Origin: Eutreptiella sp. 'Long Island Sound 2002'
Lineage: Eukaryota > Protista > Euglenida
Direction of reading: 5' to 3'
Length of the DNA: 64,000 bases
Assembly: GCA_964036045.1 (NCBI GenBank)
Contig: OZ038378.1
Coordinates: forward strand, 1,240,001 to 1,304,000
Both the position numbers and the translations under genes were made by a program. Below are positions 10,950 through 23,434 of the stretch, one piece after another (the stretch's first letter is position 1; each line of letters begins with the position of its first letter). The notes under the pieces were generated by a model. The model worked only from the letters and a program-made list of their open reading frames with translations, was not told the origin of the DNA and made no database searches.

Positions 10950-12950
10950 CCAAAAAAGGGAAGCGAGGCAGTGCAGAAGGTTTCCCATAGCTTTTTGCCG
11001 CATGGCACTTGTATTCGGCAAACCTTGAGCAAAGATATCCTTCATTGCATTCAAACCAATCCGAATACCAGTTCGGCGTTCAAAAGCCTCAAATAAAAAT
11101 CTTGAGAATTTCTTTTGATCAAACGGCTCACTAAATGGTGGTAAAAAAAAAAGTAGTCGTGCCCCAAATCAAATTGCGGACGGACGTGTTGCACCCGGGG
11201 CAATAGTATGGCAAGCACTTCTTCACAGATAAGAAACCGTTGGCGTCCGCAAGAGGATGTGGTCTTTGGTTGCCGAAGCGCCACATGTAGCCATGGGACG
11301 TAATCATGAACGAATCTAAGAGGGTATCAAAAAATGCGGGCAGCAAACATGATGCAAACTAGTACTGCAACGGACATGATTGCTCGGTGTATGCACTTGA
11401 AATTCGGATATGCTATGAAGTTAGCAAAAAAATGCTATCGCTACTAGTGACACTTTTCTATTTCCTTCTCCAAATCCTACGAACCATCATACTATTGTCT
11501 TTACTTGGCGTCAGCTGCAAGGTATAGTACGGACGCCCTCGCATGCTCACTTGAAGGGATTTAAAACCGAATTGCATGTCGCCTTGAGTCTTGGTGGTGA
11601 ATTGCACATTATGTTGAAGCATGTCGGCGTTGTTCAAATAATCCCGAGGGTGTCGCGCTTGCTCAAACCATCGACTGATTTCTTCTTCACACTCCTTTGC
11701 CGCCTCCTCTGCTTTGTTGTAAACATAATTATATTGTGGGAGATGGTCATACGTGTTTTCACGAGGAAGCTTGGAAGCCTTGTTGAGCAGCATTGCATGT
11801 GCCAACACACGTAGCTCCATCACTTCATCTCTTGCAGCAAATCCTTCTTTGGACTTGTCGAGACCTGACAAGAACTTGTTCCAAGAAATACAGGTTAAAA
11901 CCTGGAACGTCAGAGAAGGTGCTGTGTGGCATTCAAAATGCGCACCAAAGGGCACTCCGAGTTAAATTATCCCCGCTACTTGCCACATCGCAAGATGTTG
12001 ACCAAGTGATGCTCGCATGGTATACCTCATCACCCTTGTACGTTGCGGTCAACTTCGCGATCGCTTCCACATATGGCCACAACATGCTCTCTTTAAAGGG
12101 CATTTTCGGTAAAGGAGTCCATCTTGGTGGAACGTAGTGCCTTTGGTGAGTAAAACGAAGAACACGCCCAATTGTTCCCTGAATTTGCTTCACCGAGGAT
12201 TGCGAAAGTGGTCTGCACCCTGCTCACTCCCAAGGTAGGTCACATACCCAAACTACAAAACTGTGTAATTTGCTGTCTGAGTGAAAACGCGATCTGGCCT
12301 CTTTGCAATATGTCGACATCCTGTTCGGTGATACGAAGAATGTCCTCGGATAACTTGTATTCTTCCTCTCGGCGCCGTTCTTCAAAATTCTGTGAGTGTC
12401 ACAATGCAAGCACAGGCACACAGCACTAGCCAAATCACCCCACAGGCCCAGGCCCCAGCCCAAGCCCAGACACAGGTCTTCGTTGCCCATTGGGCATAGT
12501 CCTTCATTAATTGCTCATAGTCCTCCAACTTTCCAATTATGAAAGTACCTTCTGACCAGAAAATGGAGCATGTCTTTGAAGGGCATGTTGGACGCACCAC
12601 GGTGCACGTTGCCAAGCGCCATCAAATATGGGCGGCCATATTATTTAGCCAAAGAAGTACAATTTTTCCACAATGTGTGAGACAAACTGCCCAAAAGAGG
12701 ATTAATGCTTGAACCCATTGAGCATTCTGGCGAACTCAAACAAACATGTTGCATGTGGCAACCAAATTTCCTTTTTGCGTTGAGGTTGTTGCAATGAGGA
12801 AGGTATCAATTGCCTCCACGCAACGCTTGGCGGTACCTCGGCACACTCTTTCCGGGACCCCTTTCATAGATGCGCACATGTTTCATAATTAGCGACAATT
12901 GTGGCTTCGTTGGCAGATTGGTGGGCGCCTTAATCCCGGGCAAGCTACTT
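10950..12950 (-). pseudogene. Degenerate tyrosine-recombinase-like gene (Crypton / Polinton-like-virus type)
   Basis: Motifs in the expected order across frameshifts: LQVSMRGRPYYTL (Arg, about 11530-11550), NFKC (Lys, about 11395), PFDQKKFSRFLFEAFERRTGIRIGLNAMKDIF (11033-11128, a decayed lRHi box) and AMGN (about 10980, MGH-like). Catalytic Tyr not found. Confidence 0.45.
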
Positions 12951-13235
12951 TGTGAAGCCGTTGTTGTGGCGGCAGCTACATTTATGGCTCCGTTGATGGC
13001 TTGTTCCTAGTAGGGCTGCTTGGTGCACTACAAGATAGGGTAATTTCACCATCTTCGTTGCATGTTGCCTTCCCATGGCCACCGCTCCCAACTGGTCATC
13101 TTGCCACATTACCCCATCAGCCGGTGCCTATGCAAGGTCTCTTGCTTTGTTTGGCTAATGTTATTGGCACTGCACGTTGCATGGATCGCGCCTGTTAGTT
13201 TCATTTCTTGTCACCTATTGCGATAGCGACCTGAG

Positions 13236-13911
13236 CACGGGGAGGGGGGGCGTCTCCTCGGTTCCGGTACGCGACCCCCCCCCCCCCTCCCTGCCCCCAA
13301 GGCCCACTTAGTTACCAAGGGTCAATGGCTACAAGCCATACATAGCGGTACTTGTGTGTACGGCGAAGGGAAAGAACGTATTCCCACGGAGTTGTGTTTG
13401 TGTATACGGCGAAGGAAAAAAAACTACTACTATAGAGCGGTATCTGTGTGTACGGCAAGGGGAAAAAACACAAATCCGGTGCCTTGTAGGCTTGGGCAAC
13501 CTGCCATGCACCTAGCCGCTCTCCGGTGTGACGGGCCGTATCGGGGAGACCAGCATATATATGCGGCCCTCCCCAGGTAAGGGATGTGGGCGCCCACAAC
13601 CACCATTGCCATTGTGAGGAGGTAGAGTGGAGGCCTCCATTGTCATAGAGAAACCCCTTAGGCCACCATGTCTCCGCCACACTGGACTAAACCTCTGCTA
13701 AACCCTCTCCCCTAGCCCCCCCCTCCGAAGCAACTAGCAACGACCCCCCCCCCCCCCAGCAACTAGTAGCGACTAGCTAGTCCACTGGAGAAGTCCTCCT
13801 CGGCGGCTAGCCCCCCCCTCAGTGCCCCCCCCCCCCCCCCCCCGGGGGCCTTTGGCCTAATTCTACTGGGGGGGCTGTCGCGTACAGAAGCGAGGAGATG
13901 TCCCCCCTGTG
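13236..13911. mobile_element. 676-bp MITE with imperfect TIRs and an 8-bp TSD (hAT-like)
   Basis: Both termini read CAC(G/A)GGGG..(G/A)TCTCCTCG.TTC..GTACGCGAC. Flanks are GACCTGAG (13228-13235) and CACTTGAG (13912-13919). The paralogous empty site near 15081 has a single CACTTGAG. Confidence 0.8.
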
Positions 13912-14772
13912 CACTTGAGCAGTCGTTGCTTCTTGCCTCGCCTGCTTGATGCGGTCATTCACTAGAGGAGGCAAAGGGCTCCATCCTTGGTTTCTTTTGC
14001 TAATTTTGTTGAGTTTTATCCTTGGGCTCCAAGCAACCAGGACCTTCACCTGGCCAAACCAGTCCTTCGTGGCCCCAAAAGCCCCATCAGACCCCGTCTT
14101 TACAACCCTTCTTCCATACCATGGATTTTTGCACCCGGTTCTCCCTTTACCCACACTTAGCGTGCCTACCCCCCGCACTGCCGCACAAAGCCAATCCGAC
14201 ATTGCGTCCCGCTGGTCCACAGGGCGGCGTCCCCCGGGGCCCTCTCCTAGTACGACGCGTTCCTTTTGTCCCCCAAAGCCCCACGGGACCCCGTTGTCGA
14301 AAAACATCTTCCACACTATGGGGATTTACAAACCATTTTCCGCTTACGCACAATCGATCTTTGCATCCCGGGCGTCCACAAGGCAACGTGCCCCAGGAGG
14401 TTTACGTAATAAAAACCGTCCTTCTTGACCCTCAAAGCTCCGTGGCACCCCCGTTTCTAGAAACATCTTTCATACCCTGGAGGTTTTCACCCCGTTTCTC
14501 ACTTACCCACAATGAGACTGGCTACCCCATTTTTGGTAATTGGTAGATTGCACATGCTGACATTACGGTGAAACCAAGCTCACGCTAGGCGATTCATGCT
14601 ACTATTCAAGAATATGCAATTGCACTAAAGAATTACAATGCTGTACCCTCCAATATACAGGATGGCATGGCGGCAATGCCAACTCATAACAAACGTGTGG
14701 GTTCCTCTTAAGGAGACGGCCACACAATTGCCTTGAATAGACAATTCTATGCAGCTTTAAGTCTCTATGTAA

Positions 14773-15708
14773 TCAGTGCTGCTTGCTTTCGGTGAGAGAT
14801 TTGCAGCATTTAATTGCTTTGATAATCACGCAATTGATTTTGCTAGGGTTGCTTGCTGCACTGCGACGCGGCGTAAGATGCACATCTAGCTCGTCCTCTA
14901 ATGTTGCCTTCCCATGGCCATCGGGTTGCCTGTCGTCTTCTTGCCGCATTACCTCGCGACCCAGTGCAGACCCAAGCTTTGCATCACATGCCTCTTTCCT
15001 TGTTTGCCCAATGTCATGGGCACTGCACAAAGCACACATGTTGCTTATTAGTTTCATTTCCCCATCACCTATTGCGATTACCACTTGAGCATCCATCGCC
15101 TCTTGCCTCGCGCGCCTGATGTTCTCAGCACTAGACGAGGTACGGGGCTCCATCCTTGTTTCATTCTCCTCATTTTGTTGAGCCTCATCACATGGCTGCA
15201 TGGTTCTAAGTTCCAAAAGCCCTGCTTGATCAGCCGTGGCTCGTGCTGTCCCTACTTTAAGGTTTTTCACGTACCCCCTTCATTGAGCACTGTAACGATT
15301 ATTCTGTGCGTGAATGTCAAGATGTCGTTCATCGCACTCCTCCCAACTAACGGCAAGTGCTCCACGAGAACACAGCTCCATGTTCTCATTAAGGCGGAAG
15401 TCATCCCCCATTGTCCCCTGGGCCCACGTCACATACCATGGCTGCCCGGGGTCCCTTCCCCTCTGCTCCCTTGGCAGAGTTGGGTGATTACCATTGTCTT
15501 TGGCCGCTGGCCTGGGCGCCCGCTTACCCTTCTTCTTTCCAGCCCATCCTCTTAGGCGCCGAACGTCCGCCAAACGGTCACGGGGACAAATCTTGAATCT
15601 GACCACCTTTGCAACAAGGCAACGCATGTCCCGTTCCAGACTTCTAAGAAATGGGTTGTAGCAAAGTTCTAGTTCGTTCGGAACAATCGGCAGCACAAGG
15701 TATAACAA
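14773..15708 (-). pseudogene. Degenerate ORF of unknown function, paralogous to 13040-14035
   Basis: ORFs 15280-15708 and 14773-15270 share one frame, separated by one TGA. Nucleotides 14890-15200 align with 13040-13235 plus 13912-14035. Confidence 0.45.
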
Positions 15709-18199
15709 GATCGCGGCTGTGGCTAGAATGCTACCCTAAGGAAACACTCAACCCGGTCACGCCGCGGAACTAGCCCCCTCTGAACTCCCGGAAAAGGGGC
15801 TGAAAATGGTTGAGCTAGTGCAACTCAATGTTTTCATGCCCGAGTCCAAAAAAGTGGGGGCCAACCATTTGCGTGCGGGCGGGGGTTCGGTGTTCAGGAG
15901 ATAAACTTGGTGGGGCAACCGTAGAGCTGGTCCCCCACACGGGCGTTGATTCTGGCGGTGGGGTAGTTCTACCCCCATTGCAGCAACACCCAGGTGTATG
16001 GGTGCCCCATTTCTGGCCTTTTGGCCGGTCCTCAGTTTGCCCCCCGCCCCCTCCTGCCAAGCCTAGCACCATCACGGCCAGCCCTAGCCCCACGTGGAGA
16101 ACCCACAGGGGGCGCCGAAGAGGGCGCACAGCGCAATTCGCCTCAAGCTACCCCACATGATTCCCTTTGTGGAACCGCCTACAATCCCTGCAAATCAAGC
16201 CCCCGGTAGCCAAAATATTTGCCTTCACTTTGTGCAGACAAAAGCACAGCGTCCAAATCACAATCCTTGGGGGTTGGCGGACACAGTTGTCGAGGCACAG
16301 GGCATCGGGGCTCGCCAAGACCGCGGGTGGTTAGGGGAGAAGAGGGATTGTCCCAGCCTCCTTTGATCCTAGGTGGTACAATAGCCAAGGGTTGGATTTG
16401 CCCCTAGATTTGTGGGCCTCCTCCATATCCACGTGTGTCTTCAGCCCCTTCTCCTCTGCCTTGTTCTTGTTATCTTTCCTCTTCTCCTTCTTGTCCCCCC
16501 CCTTTCCCCTTCTGCTTCTTGTTCTTCTGCCCACTCTACGTGTTCCTTGAACTTGAATGCCCGATTGAATACCCTTCTCCATGCTACTGATCGGCATCTG
16601 CACCCCCGTACCCAGAGCTTCCAATCTTGGACCTTCCCCCAGCACACTCGCGCATGTTTCACCGCCTCCTCGTCCTTCATTGCCCCCCCTGCCCCCGACC
16701 GCTCCTTCACCTTCTCCCTCCGTCACGCCCGTTTTGTCTACGCCCTTGGTGCATAAGTAAACTCGGCTCCCATCAAGGGGGAGCCCATGTTGAGAGCTCT
16801 TCCTTGTACTCTATGAGCTCGTCCTCCACCACCACGTCCTCCTCTTTTCCCTCGGACACTGGGTCCAGCTCCACACCCCTGCTCAGCCATTGGACAATTA
16901 TTGTGTACCAAACTTTGATGGCCTTGCACAAGCTTTCATCGCCAGGGAGACCCTTGCGGTCACCGGTTTTTGCCCGTTGTATAATGCAAAGACAACAACC
17001 AAAAACCTCCCCAACACGAGACCCTCATCCCAAGTTGCAGAATTGAAAGGAGTGCGCTTTGTTTTCCTTATCACACACGCACGAGAAGTACAATTTATAC
17101 GAGCAAATTATACCATCAAACAAAAAGCCTTGCCCCTAGTCTAAGACAACAGAACAAATGACAAATCGAAAAGATTCGCGGAATGAAAGAAGGCGGGCAC
17201 ATACACGTGCGTGTGTGTGCATAGCGTGTGGGCGCACCTCTTACACCACACGTAGCGCTGTGTCACTCATGCATATGATCTCAATGTTTTAGTCCTCCAC
17301 ACTTGCTTACAGCTCTGCATAAATGAATGAGTGCATGAGATGAATTCTCAAATGACAATGAGTAGGTGTGACAACCATTTTTCGCTCGTGCATAGATGTA
17401 ATTATGCCTACCCTTGACCTACTTGCTTGCACCCATACATCCTACACATATTTTGCACACATGCCATGCAATGCTTAGGCATTGAGTCTTTATGTTATTA
17501 CCCTGACGCTAAATTTTCACTCAATCAGAGATTCATTTGCAAACTTGCAAGACAGGACTTGACATGACCATCTTGACATTACAATAGTGCCGAATTCTAG
17601 GAATTGCAAAACGGCGTAATCCCAGGCATCGTCTTGAGTACAAAATATGGGATTTGCAAAAAAAACAAAGAGTCATGGCAAATTTATAATTTCCACATCG
17701 CTAAGCATCCATATCACGAAATAGTCACTGCCCCCTATTGCCGCGCATTCTCGAGTTTGATCGTCATCCGAAGCTGAATCTCTTATACAACCTAGTGCTA
17801 TACCCACTATACCTTATACCATACTACAATTTGCTGAAATTTCGTGTCGAGTATACTTCCTTTGGTTCCCCACAGCAGTCGCAATCCTCGGTCTGCTCCA
17901 GTTCCACTTGGGATAGGGGCGGCAGTTGAGCCGCGGGCATGCGTTGATTCGCTTGATCTAGAAGTTGCAACTTTATGTCCCGGATATTGTCCTCCTTCGC
18001 CTCAAGCTTCGGCACCATTGGTGGCGGAGAAACAAGTGCTTGAATATCCTGAAGTGACACATGAATATGGCCTTGGTTTAGCTTCAGCTCTTCAGTTGAT
18101 GCTCCAACCCTTTAGCTCCCCACATTATCCCCCTTCGCCTGTCCGCTCCTCCCCTAGGTCCCTCTCTGTGCCCCCCCCCCCCCCCGCCCCTATTGACTT

Positions 18200-18770
18200 C
18201 CGCCAATTCATTTCCCGCGTGGCTCTGCCCTTTGGTACTCCCCCTTGGCTCTCCCCCTTGGCTCTTCCCCTGGGCTCTCCCCCTTGGCTCCCCCCTCGGC
18301 TCACCCCCTTGACCCTCCCGCTTAGCACTCCCCCTTGGCTCTCCCCCTTGGCTCTCCCCCTTGGGCGTCCCCCTTGGCTCTACCCTTGGCTCTCCCCCAT
18401 GGCTCTCCGCCTTGGCTCCCCCCCCCTTGGTTCTTCCTCTTGGCTCTCCCCCTTGGATCTCCCCCTTGATTTCCCCCCTTGGCTCTCCACCTTTGCTCTC
18501 CCCCTTGGCTCTCCCCGTTGGCTCTCCCCCTTTGATCTCCCCCTTGGCTCTGCCCCTTGGCTCCCCCCCTTGGCCCTCCCCATTGGCTCTCCCCCTTGGC
18601 TGTCGGCCTTGGCTCTCCCCCTTGGCTCTCCCCCCTGGCTCTCCCCCTTTGGCTGTTTCCCTTGGCTCTCGCCGTTGGCTCTTCCCCATCACTCTTGCCT
18701 CCTTGCCCATGGCGCCCCCCCTGGGACTCTTCCCCTTGCCTACCTTGCATCGGTTTCCCGCGCCGCCCCC
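18200..18770. repeat. 13-bp minisatellite (TTGGCTCTCCCCC)n, block 1
   Basis: Direct reading of tandem units; the minus strand carries G5 runs. Confidence 0.95.
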
Positions 18771-19689
18771 CTATAGTGGCTGCCCCCTTAACCTCCCCCT
18801 TACCCCCCCCCCCCTTGGTGCTTTCTCTTTGCCGAGCCTCCCCGGGCTCCCCTCCTCAGCTCCTCCCCGCTACGTACAGGTTCCCTCGGCGGTGATTGTG
18901 CTCCGATATTTCCCGGGACAGTACTTGGAGACGTCAACAAGAAAACGTTGTGTTCCTCCGGCTCCAGATAGGGGCAGTCACGTTCACCCAACTCCGTGAT
19001 GGGCGAATCTTGGACCCCACCCTCTGCACGCCAGCCGACCGGCACCATAATGAAGCGAGGAAGCGTCTGAAATGGCAAATCCACCCGTGGTAATGAGGGC
19101 ATTATTATTAAAAATGGTATTGAACCGATCTCAGAGTCAACGTCAAGTGCTAATGCTGTAGTGAAACCATGTTATCTCAGCCTCAGCCCGCATGATGATC
19201 TTCCGAATTGCTACATTTTGACTCACCCCTTGCCCCCGTTCCACTCCGTGTGGGAGCTGAGGTCTCATGCCGCCCCTCATCCTCCTTTGGATTCCCGGCT
19301 CGACCCCATCAGCTTGCCCGTCATACCTCAACAGAATATGGCCTCGTTGGCCACATGGAGAACCACCCCATCGGAGTCACGAGGCGAAAATGATAGGTCC
19401 CAAGCTGCTCAAATTCAACCTCTGCCACAATATCTCCGTCTCGGCTTCTGTTGAAGAAGACACTTCCGCTTTCAGGGCCCTCAAATAGGATGGCTGCTGA
19501 ATTTGCAGCCTGATTGGATTCGACCGGCATGACTAGGAAGAGTGTAACTGTGTTCACCGCATGGCTGTGCACCACCAAGGATCCCGGTGCTTCCTGTGCC
19601 ACCTGCAAGAAGTCATATGAAGAGGGAGATGCGATAGCAAGCACGATGCTTTGGGCAATAAGGGCTTAGGTTGGAGAAAAAGAGCCCCC

Positions 19690-20357
19690 CCCTGGCTCTC
19701 TTCCTTGGCTCTCCCCCTCGATTCTCCCAATTGGCTCTCCCACTTGGCTTTCCCCCTTTGCTCTCTCCCTTGGCCCTCCCCCTTGGCTCTCCCCCTTGGC
19801 TCTCTCCCTTGGCTGTCCTCCTTGGCTCTCCACCTTGGCTCCCCCCCTTGGTTCTCCCCCTTGGCTCTCCCCGTTGGCTCTCCCCCTTGGGTCTCCCCCT
19901 TGGCTCCACCCCCTTGACTCTCCCCCTAGCCTCTCCACCTTGGCTCTCCCCGTTGGCCCTCCCCCTTGGCTCTCCCCCTTGGCTCTCTCCCTTGGGTCTC
20001 CTCCTTGGCTCTCCCCCTTGGCTCCCCCCCTTGGTTCTCCCCCTTGGCTCTCCCCGTTGGCTCTCCCCCTTGGGTCTCCCCCTTGGCTCCACCCCCTTGA
20101 CTCTCCCCCTTGGCTCTCCACCTTGGCTCTCCCCGTTGGCCCTCACCCTTGGGTCTCCCCCTTGGCTCCCTCCCTTGACTATCCCCCTTGGCCCCCCCCC
20201 CGCTTGGCTCCCCGTTGGCTGTCCCCATTGGCTATCTTCCTTGGTCCTCCCCCTTGGCTCTCCCCCTTGCCCCCCCTCCCCTTTGGCTCTCCCCCTTGGC
20301 TCTCCCCCTTGGCTCTCCCCCTTGGCTCTCCCCCTTGACCTTAACCCTAACCCTAAT
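19690..20357. repeat. 13-bp minisatellite block 2, ending in TTAACCCTAACCCTAA
   Basis: Same unit as block 1; telomere-type hexamers at 20341-20356. Confidence 0.95.
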
Positions 20358-20449
20358 CAAGACTGAATATTGGGACCGAGCTGGTGGGGGAGGGAACATC
20401 AGCTATGACTGGTGAGGGACATCAAGAATGATTCACACATTGATGGCTC

Positions 20450-21210
20450 TTGACAAAGTGAAATCAGCTTGCAAGTGAACCCCATCACCACGAGGCCCAC
20501 TTTCAAGGCTTTTTGGACTTCTGAGGGGCCAAAATGCCCCAAAATGGGCTCAAAATGGGCTCATTTCACCCGTTTGTGCACCCCAAATGGTCTAGGATGA
20601 TTTTTGGAAAAATGCGTTTTTGACCCATTTTTGACCCATTTTTGGTCCTAAAACAGCCCATTTTCAAGGCATTTTGGGATTTTCGGAGGACCAAAATGGG
20701 CCACCACAAGCTCAAAACGGTCCAAAAACACTTGTTTTAGCGTCGCACATGGTCTAGGATCATTTTTGAGAAAAGTCATCTTCTTGCCCCCACTGGACCG
20801 TGTTGACCCATTTGGGCACCCACCTGTTTGGGCTTGAGCTTGCAGCTTGCCGCAGCCTACTGGGCCTAGGTATTGGGGTCTAGGCGTCCGTTTGGGCAAT
20901 TCTGAGGGGTGGAAACCACAACAAGTGGGGGGTTCCGGGTGAAGTAGATGCCCTCGGAATCGCATTTTGAGCCATGTGGCCAAAGATATGGCCTATTCTT
21001 GGTTTGTGGCTGTCGGCATTTGGAGCTTCTTGGGGCCTTTTTGGGACGTTTTCAGGACACATCATGGAGTTAGAGGGCCGCAAAGAGCTCATTGACACGG
21101 GGAAGTCAAGCCGCACGTGGAGTGTACCCACCGTTTCCCTTCGTTTGGCCGTTTTGAATGTGTTCCAGGGCTTTTTTCGCCCAAAAATGGCTGTTTTTGG
21201 CCCTAAACTG
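20450..21210. mobile_element. Non-coding interspersed repeat with internal GGTCTAGGAT(G/C)ATTTTT duplication
   Basis: Internal direct repeats at about 20589 and 20751, plus A/T-tract motifs (TTTTTGACCCATTTTTG). Family identity rests on recollection only. Confidence 0.5.
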
Positions 21211-21219
21211 CAGTTTTTG

Positions 21220-21492
21220 AAACTGAGGTCCGCCACTTGCGAATCCCGTTCCCGGCCGCCACCGTTGAGTTTCTCGCTCAAACTTTGTGTGATTGTACTT
21301 CACACCCATAGGTATCATCCACCAAAATTTCACCTGAATCCAAAGCACCACCAAAGCGCTGCTTGCTACTGCTTGCTGCTGCTTGCTGCTGCTTGCTGCT
21401 GCTGCTAAATCTGGTAGGTCCACCCTAGACACTAAAAAGGGTTATAAAACCAAGACTGGTTCCACCAGCTCGGTGACCCTAACCCTAACCCC
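21220..21492 (+). repeat. Interspersed repeat R1, copy 2, ending in (CCCTAA)2
   Basis: Homologous to 9722-9985; contains a (GCTTGCTGCT)n tract and ends GACCCTAACCCTAACCCC. Confidence 0.8.
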
Positions 21493-22744
21493 ACATGTTC
21501 TCGGAGAACATTTTTCTCAACGATATACCGAGTGTGTGCAAGAAGGAAATAGTAGTGCACTACCCGGCATTGGATGTGTGGCCCTAGTTTGCCTTTCAAA
21601 CACCACACGGTACCCCTACACCCTGCTGTATACACCGTTGGTGCACTGTCCAAGCACTATTTGCATGTGTTCACCAATCAAAGCAGCCTAGGTATATATG
21701 AGTAGAGTATTTATGTCCTCATATGAAAGTTAATTCACCGCTTCAACAAGAAGGTCTATGGAACACTACCGAATGGTCTCCAGTGCAAAACCCCAAACCA
21801 TCTACTACCTCCTCCAATGGTAACATATCGAAAACGTCTCGGGGTATTGACCTCGTTGACTGTGTCAACGTTTGTTCCAAAATTGAGGTTGTCGTCGCTG
21901 TAATGTAAAGACACGTGGAGCCGCGGGAACGGGGTCGTCTGCTGTGCTGTCCTGTCTCTTTCTGTTGGCGGTCTGCGATGGGGTGTGCTTCCGTTCCTGA
22001 GAGGGGGAGGGGGGCCCTCCTCCCAAGCGATGAAGGAACGATGCAGCCACTTTCTTGGAACTGCGCAGGAAGTGCATTGAGAAATGCAGAAAGAACATCT
22101 TTTCCTGAAGTGACGACATCCGCGTCACAAAGGGGGCGGGGGAAAAGACGCGCAGCATGTGGCCCTTCGTAGGTCAATGCAAACCGTTTCATTGCCACGG
22201 GGCAGGGTCTGTGTAGGGGGTATGCAATGCACAACGCGGTCCTGTGCAATGCACTCCGGTGGTCAAACCTGCAGAGGCCTGACCAGCTGGGTTTGGGTGT
22301 GAGCAGTGTCCGCCAGAGAAGGGGTTTGGAGCAGAGGTCGCAGTGGTAGGGGCAGCAACAAAACTCAGCAAAGAAGACATAGCAATGGAAGAAGGTTGAT
22401 AGTATCCTGCAAACAGATAGGGTGCAAAGAGCCCTAGCAATACCTGATATGCACATATGTGAAATCCACCCTAGCATCCACTAATTCTTATAAATACAAA
22501 GGATGCAAGATTGCCTTATCTATCTCACATCCTATGTTCCTAACAAAGAAATCGAATGTAATGTACAATAGTCCCACATATAGGGTCATATAATGATCCC
22601 TTAGGGGCAATATGCTAGAGTAGGGTTATGACCTGCTTCACCCCCCCACTTAAAACGAATGCCACGGGCAGGGGGTACATGCCCAAGAGGAACGTAGCAG
22701 TCACAAAACTACAAAGTACATCAACTGATAGCATGTCACCTGAT

Positions 22745-22845
22745 CTGGCACAGTGGGATTCGAACCCACGCTGACGATCTGCGCATCGGCCGCACGGCCG
22801 CTGAAGTAACCCTGATCGGCGGGAATCGAACCACTGCCGAAATCG
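22745..22845 (-). repeat. Tandem tRNA-derived sequence (SINE-like), not a functional tRNA
   Basis: Minus strand has two B-box/T-loop motifs, GGTTCGATTCC and GGTTCGAATCC; the 3' end GCGTGGGTTCGAATCCCACTGTGCCA is tRNA-Leu-like; no complete cloverleaf. Confidence 0.55.
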
Positions 22846-23180
22846 TGAAAATCAATAGCGGAATCCCGCAGACCCGCAATAAGTAGTCGGCGGAATCGCG
22901 AGCTGTTGCGCGCGCAGAGTCTGGTCCCCGCATGTCGCAAATGGCATTGTGGGGGCCAGCAGGTGAAATTGGTAGTTTTCTTGAGAATTAAAACTAAAGG
23001 CAAAGTGAAATCACACTTTTAAACAATTAAGAAGATCATATCTATCGTTTGATTGGTGACATTTGTTTCGTTCAGGGATCCATGGGCCATCAAAGCCATG
23101 AAATGTTCTTTTGAGGAACCGGGCAGCCCCAAAAGACAATCACTGCCCTTTCCTCATTCTCAAGTGCTTGTGTTTCATAG

Positions 23181-23351
23181 TTGGTGGCTACGCTGGAATG
23201 ATTGAACGTTGCGTCGGGACCTGCGGCGCTATGGACATTTGGTGTACCCACTCCTTCGGGGGACTATTCAAGGGCGCAGCCCATTCCAGGCGGGGGGAAG
23301 AGGAATGTGGAAGGAGGCCCGCATGCAGGCGTGCAGCGAGGCACCCTTCTG
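23181..23351 (+). pseudogene. Decayed thrombospondin type-1 exon
   Basis: Acceptor TGTTTCATAG|. Fragments W-N-D-*, CVGTCG, GGEEECG and QACSEAP lie in different frames. Confidence 0.4.
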
Positions 23352-23434
23352 GTCTACGGCATAGCACACGCCTGTCGCTTGTGCTGTGGTGCACACGGAT
23401 CTTGGGGTGTTTGTGTCTGCTTCTTGTGTCGCAG

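Noticed and set aside
17844-20366. Long PLGSPPW / GEPRGRAK ORFs
   Set aside because: Translations of the 13-bp satellite, open in several frames on both strands.
22460-22770. LTR followed by a primer-binding site (TGGCACAGTGGG)
   Set aside because: The tRNA complementarity extends far beyond 18 nt, there is no TG..CA-bounded LTR pair, and no gag/pol.
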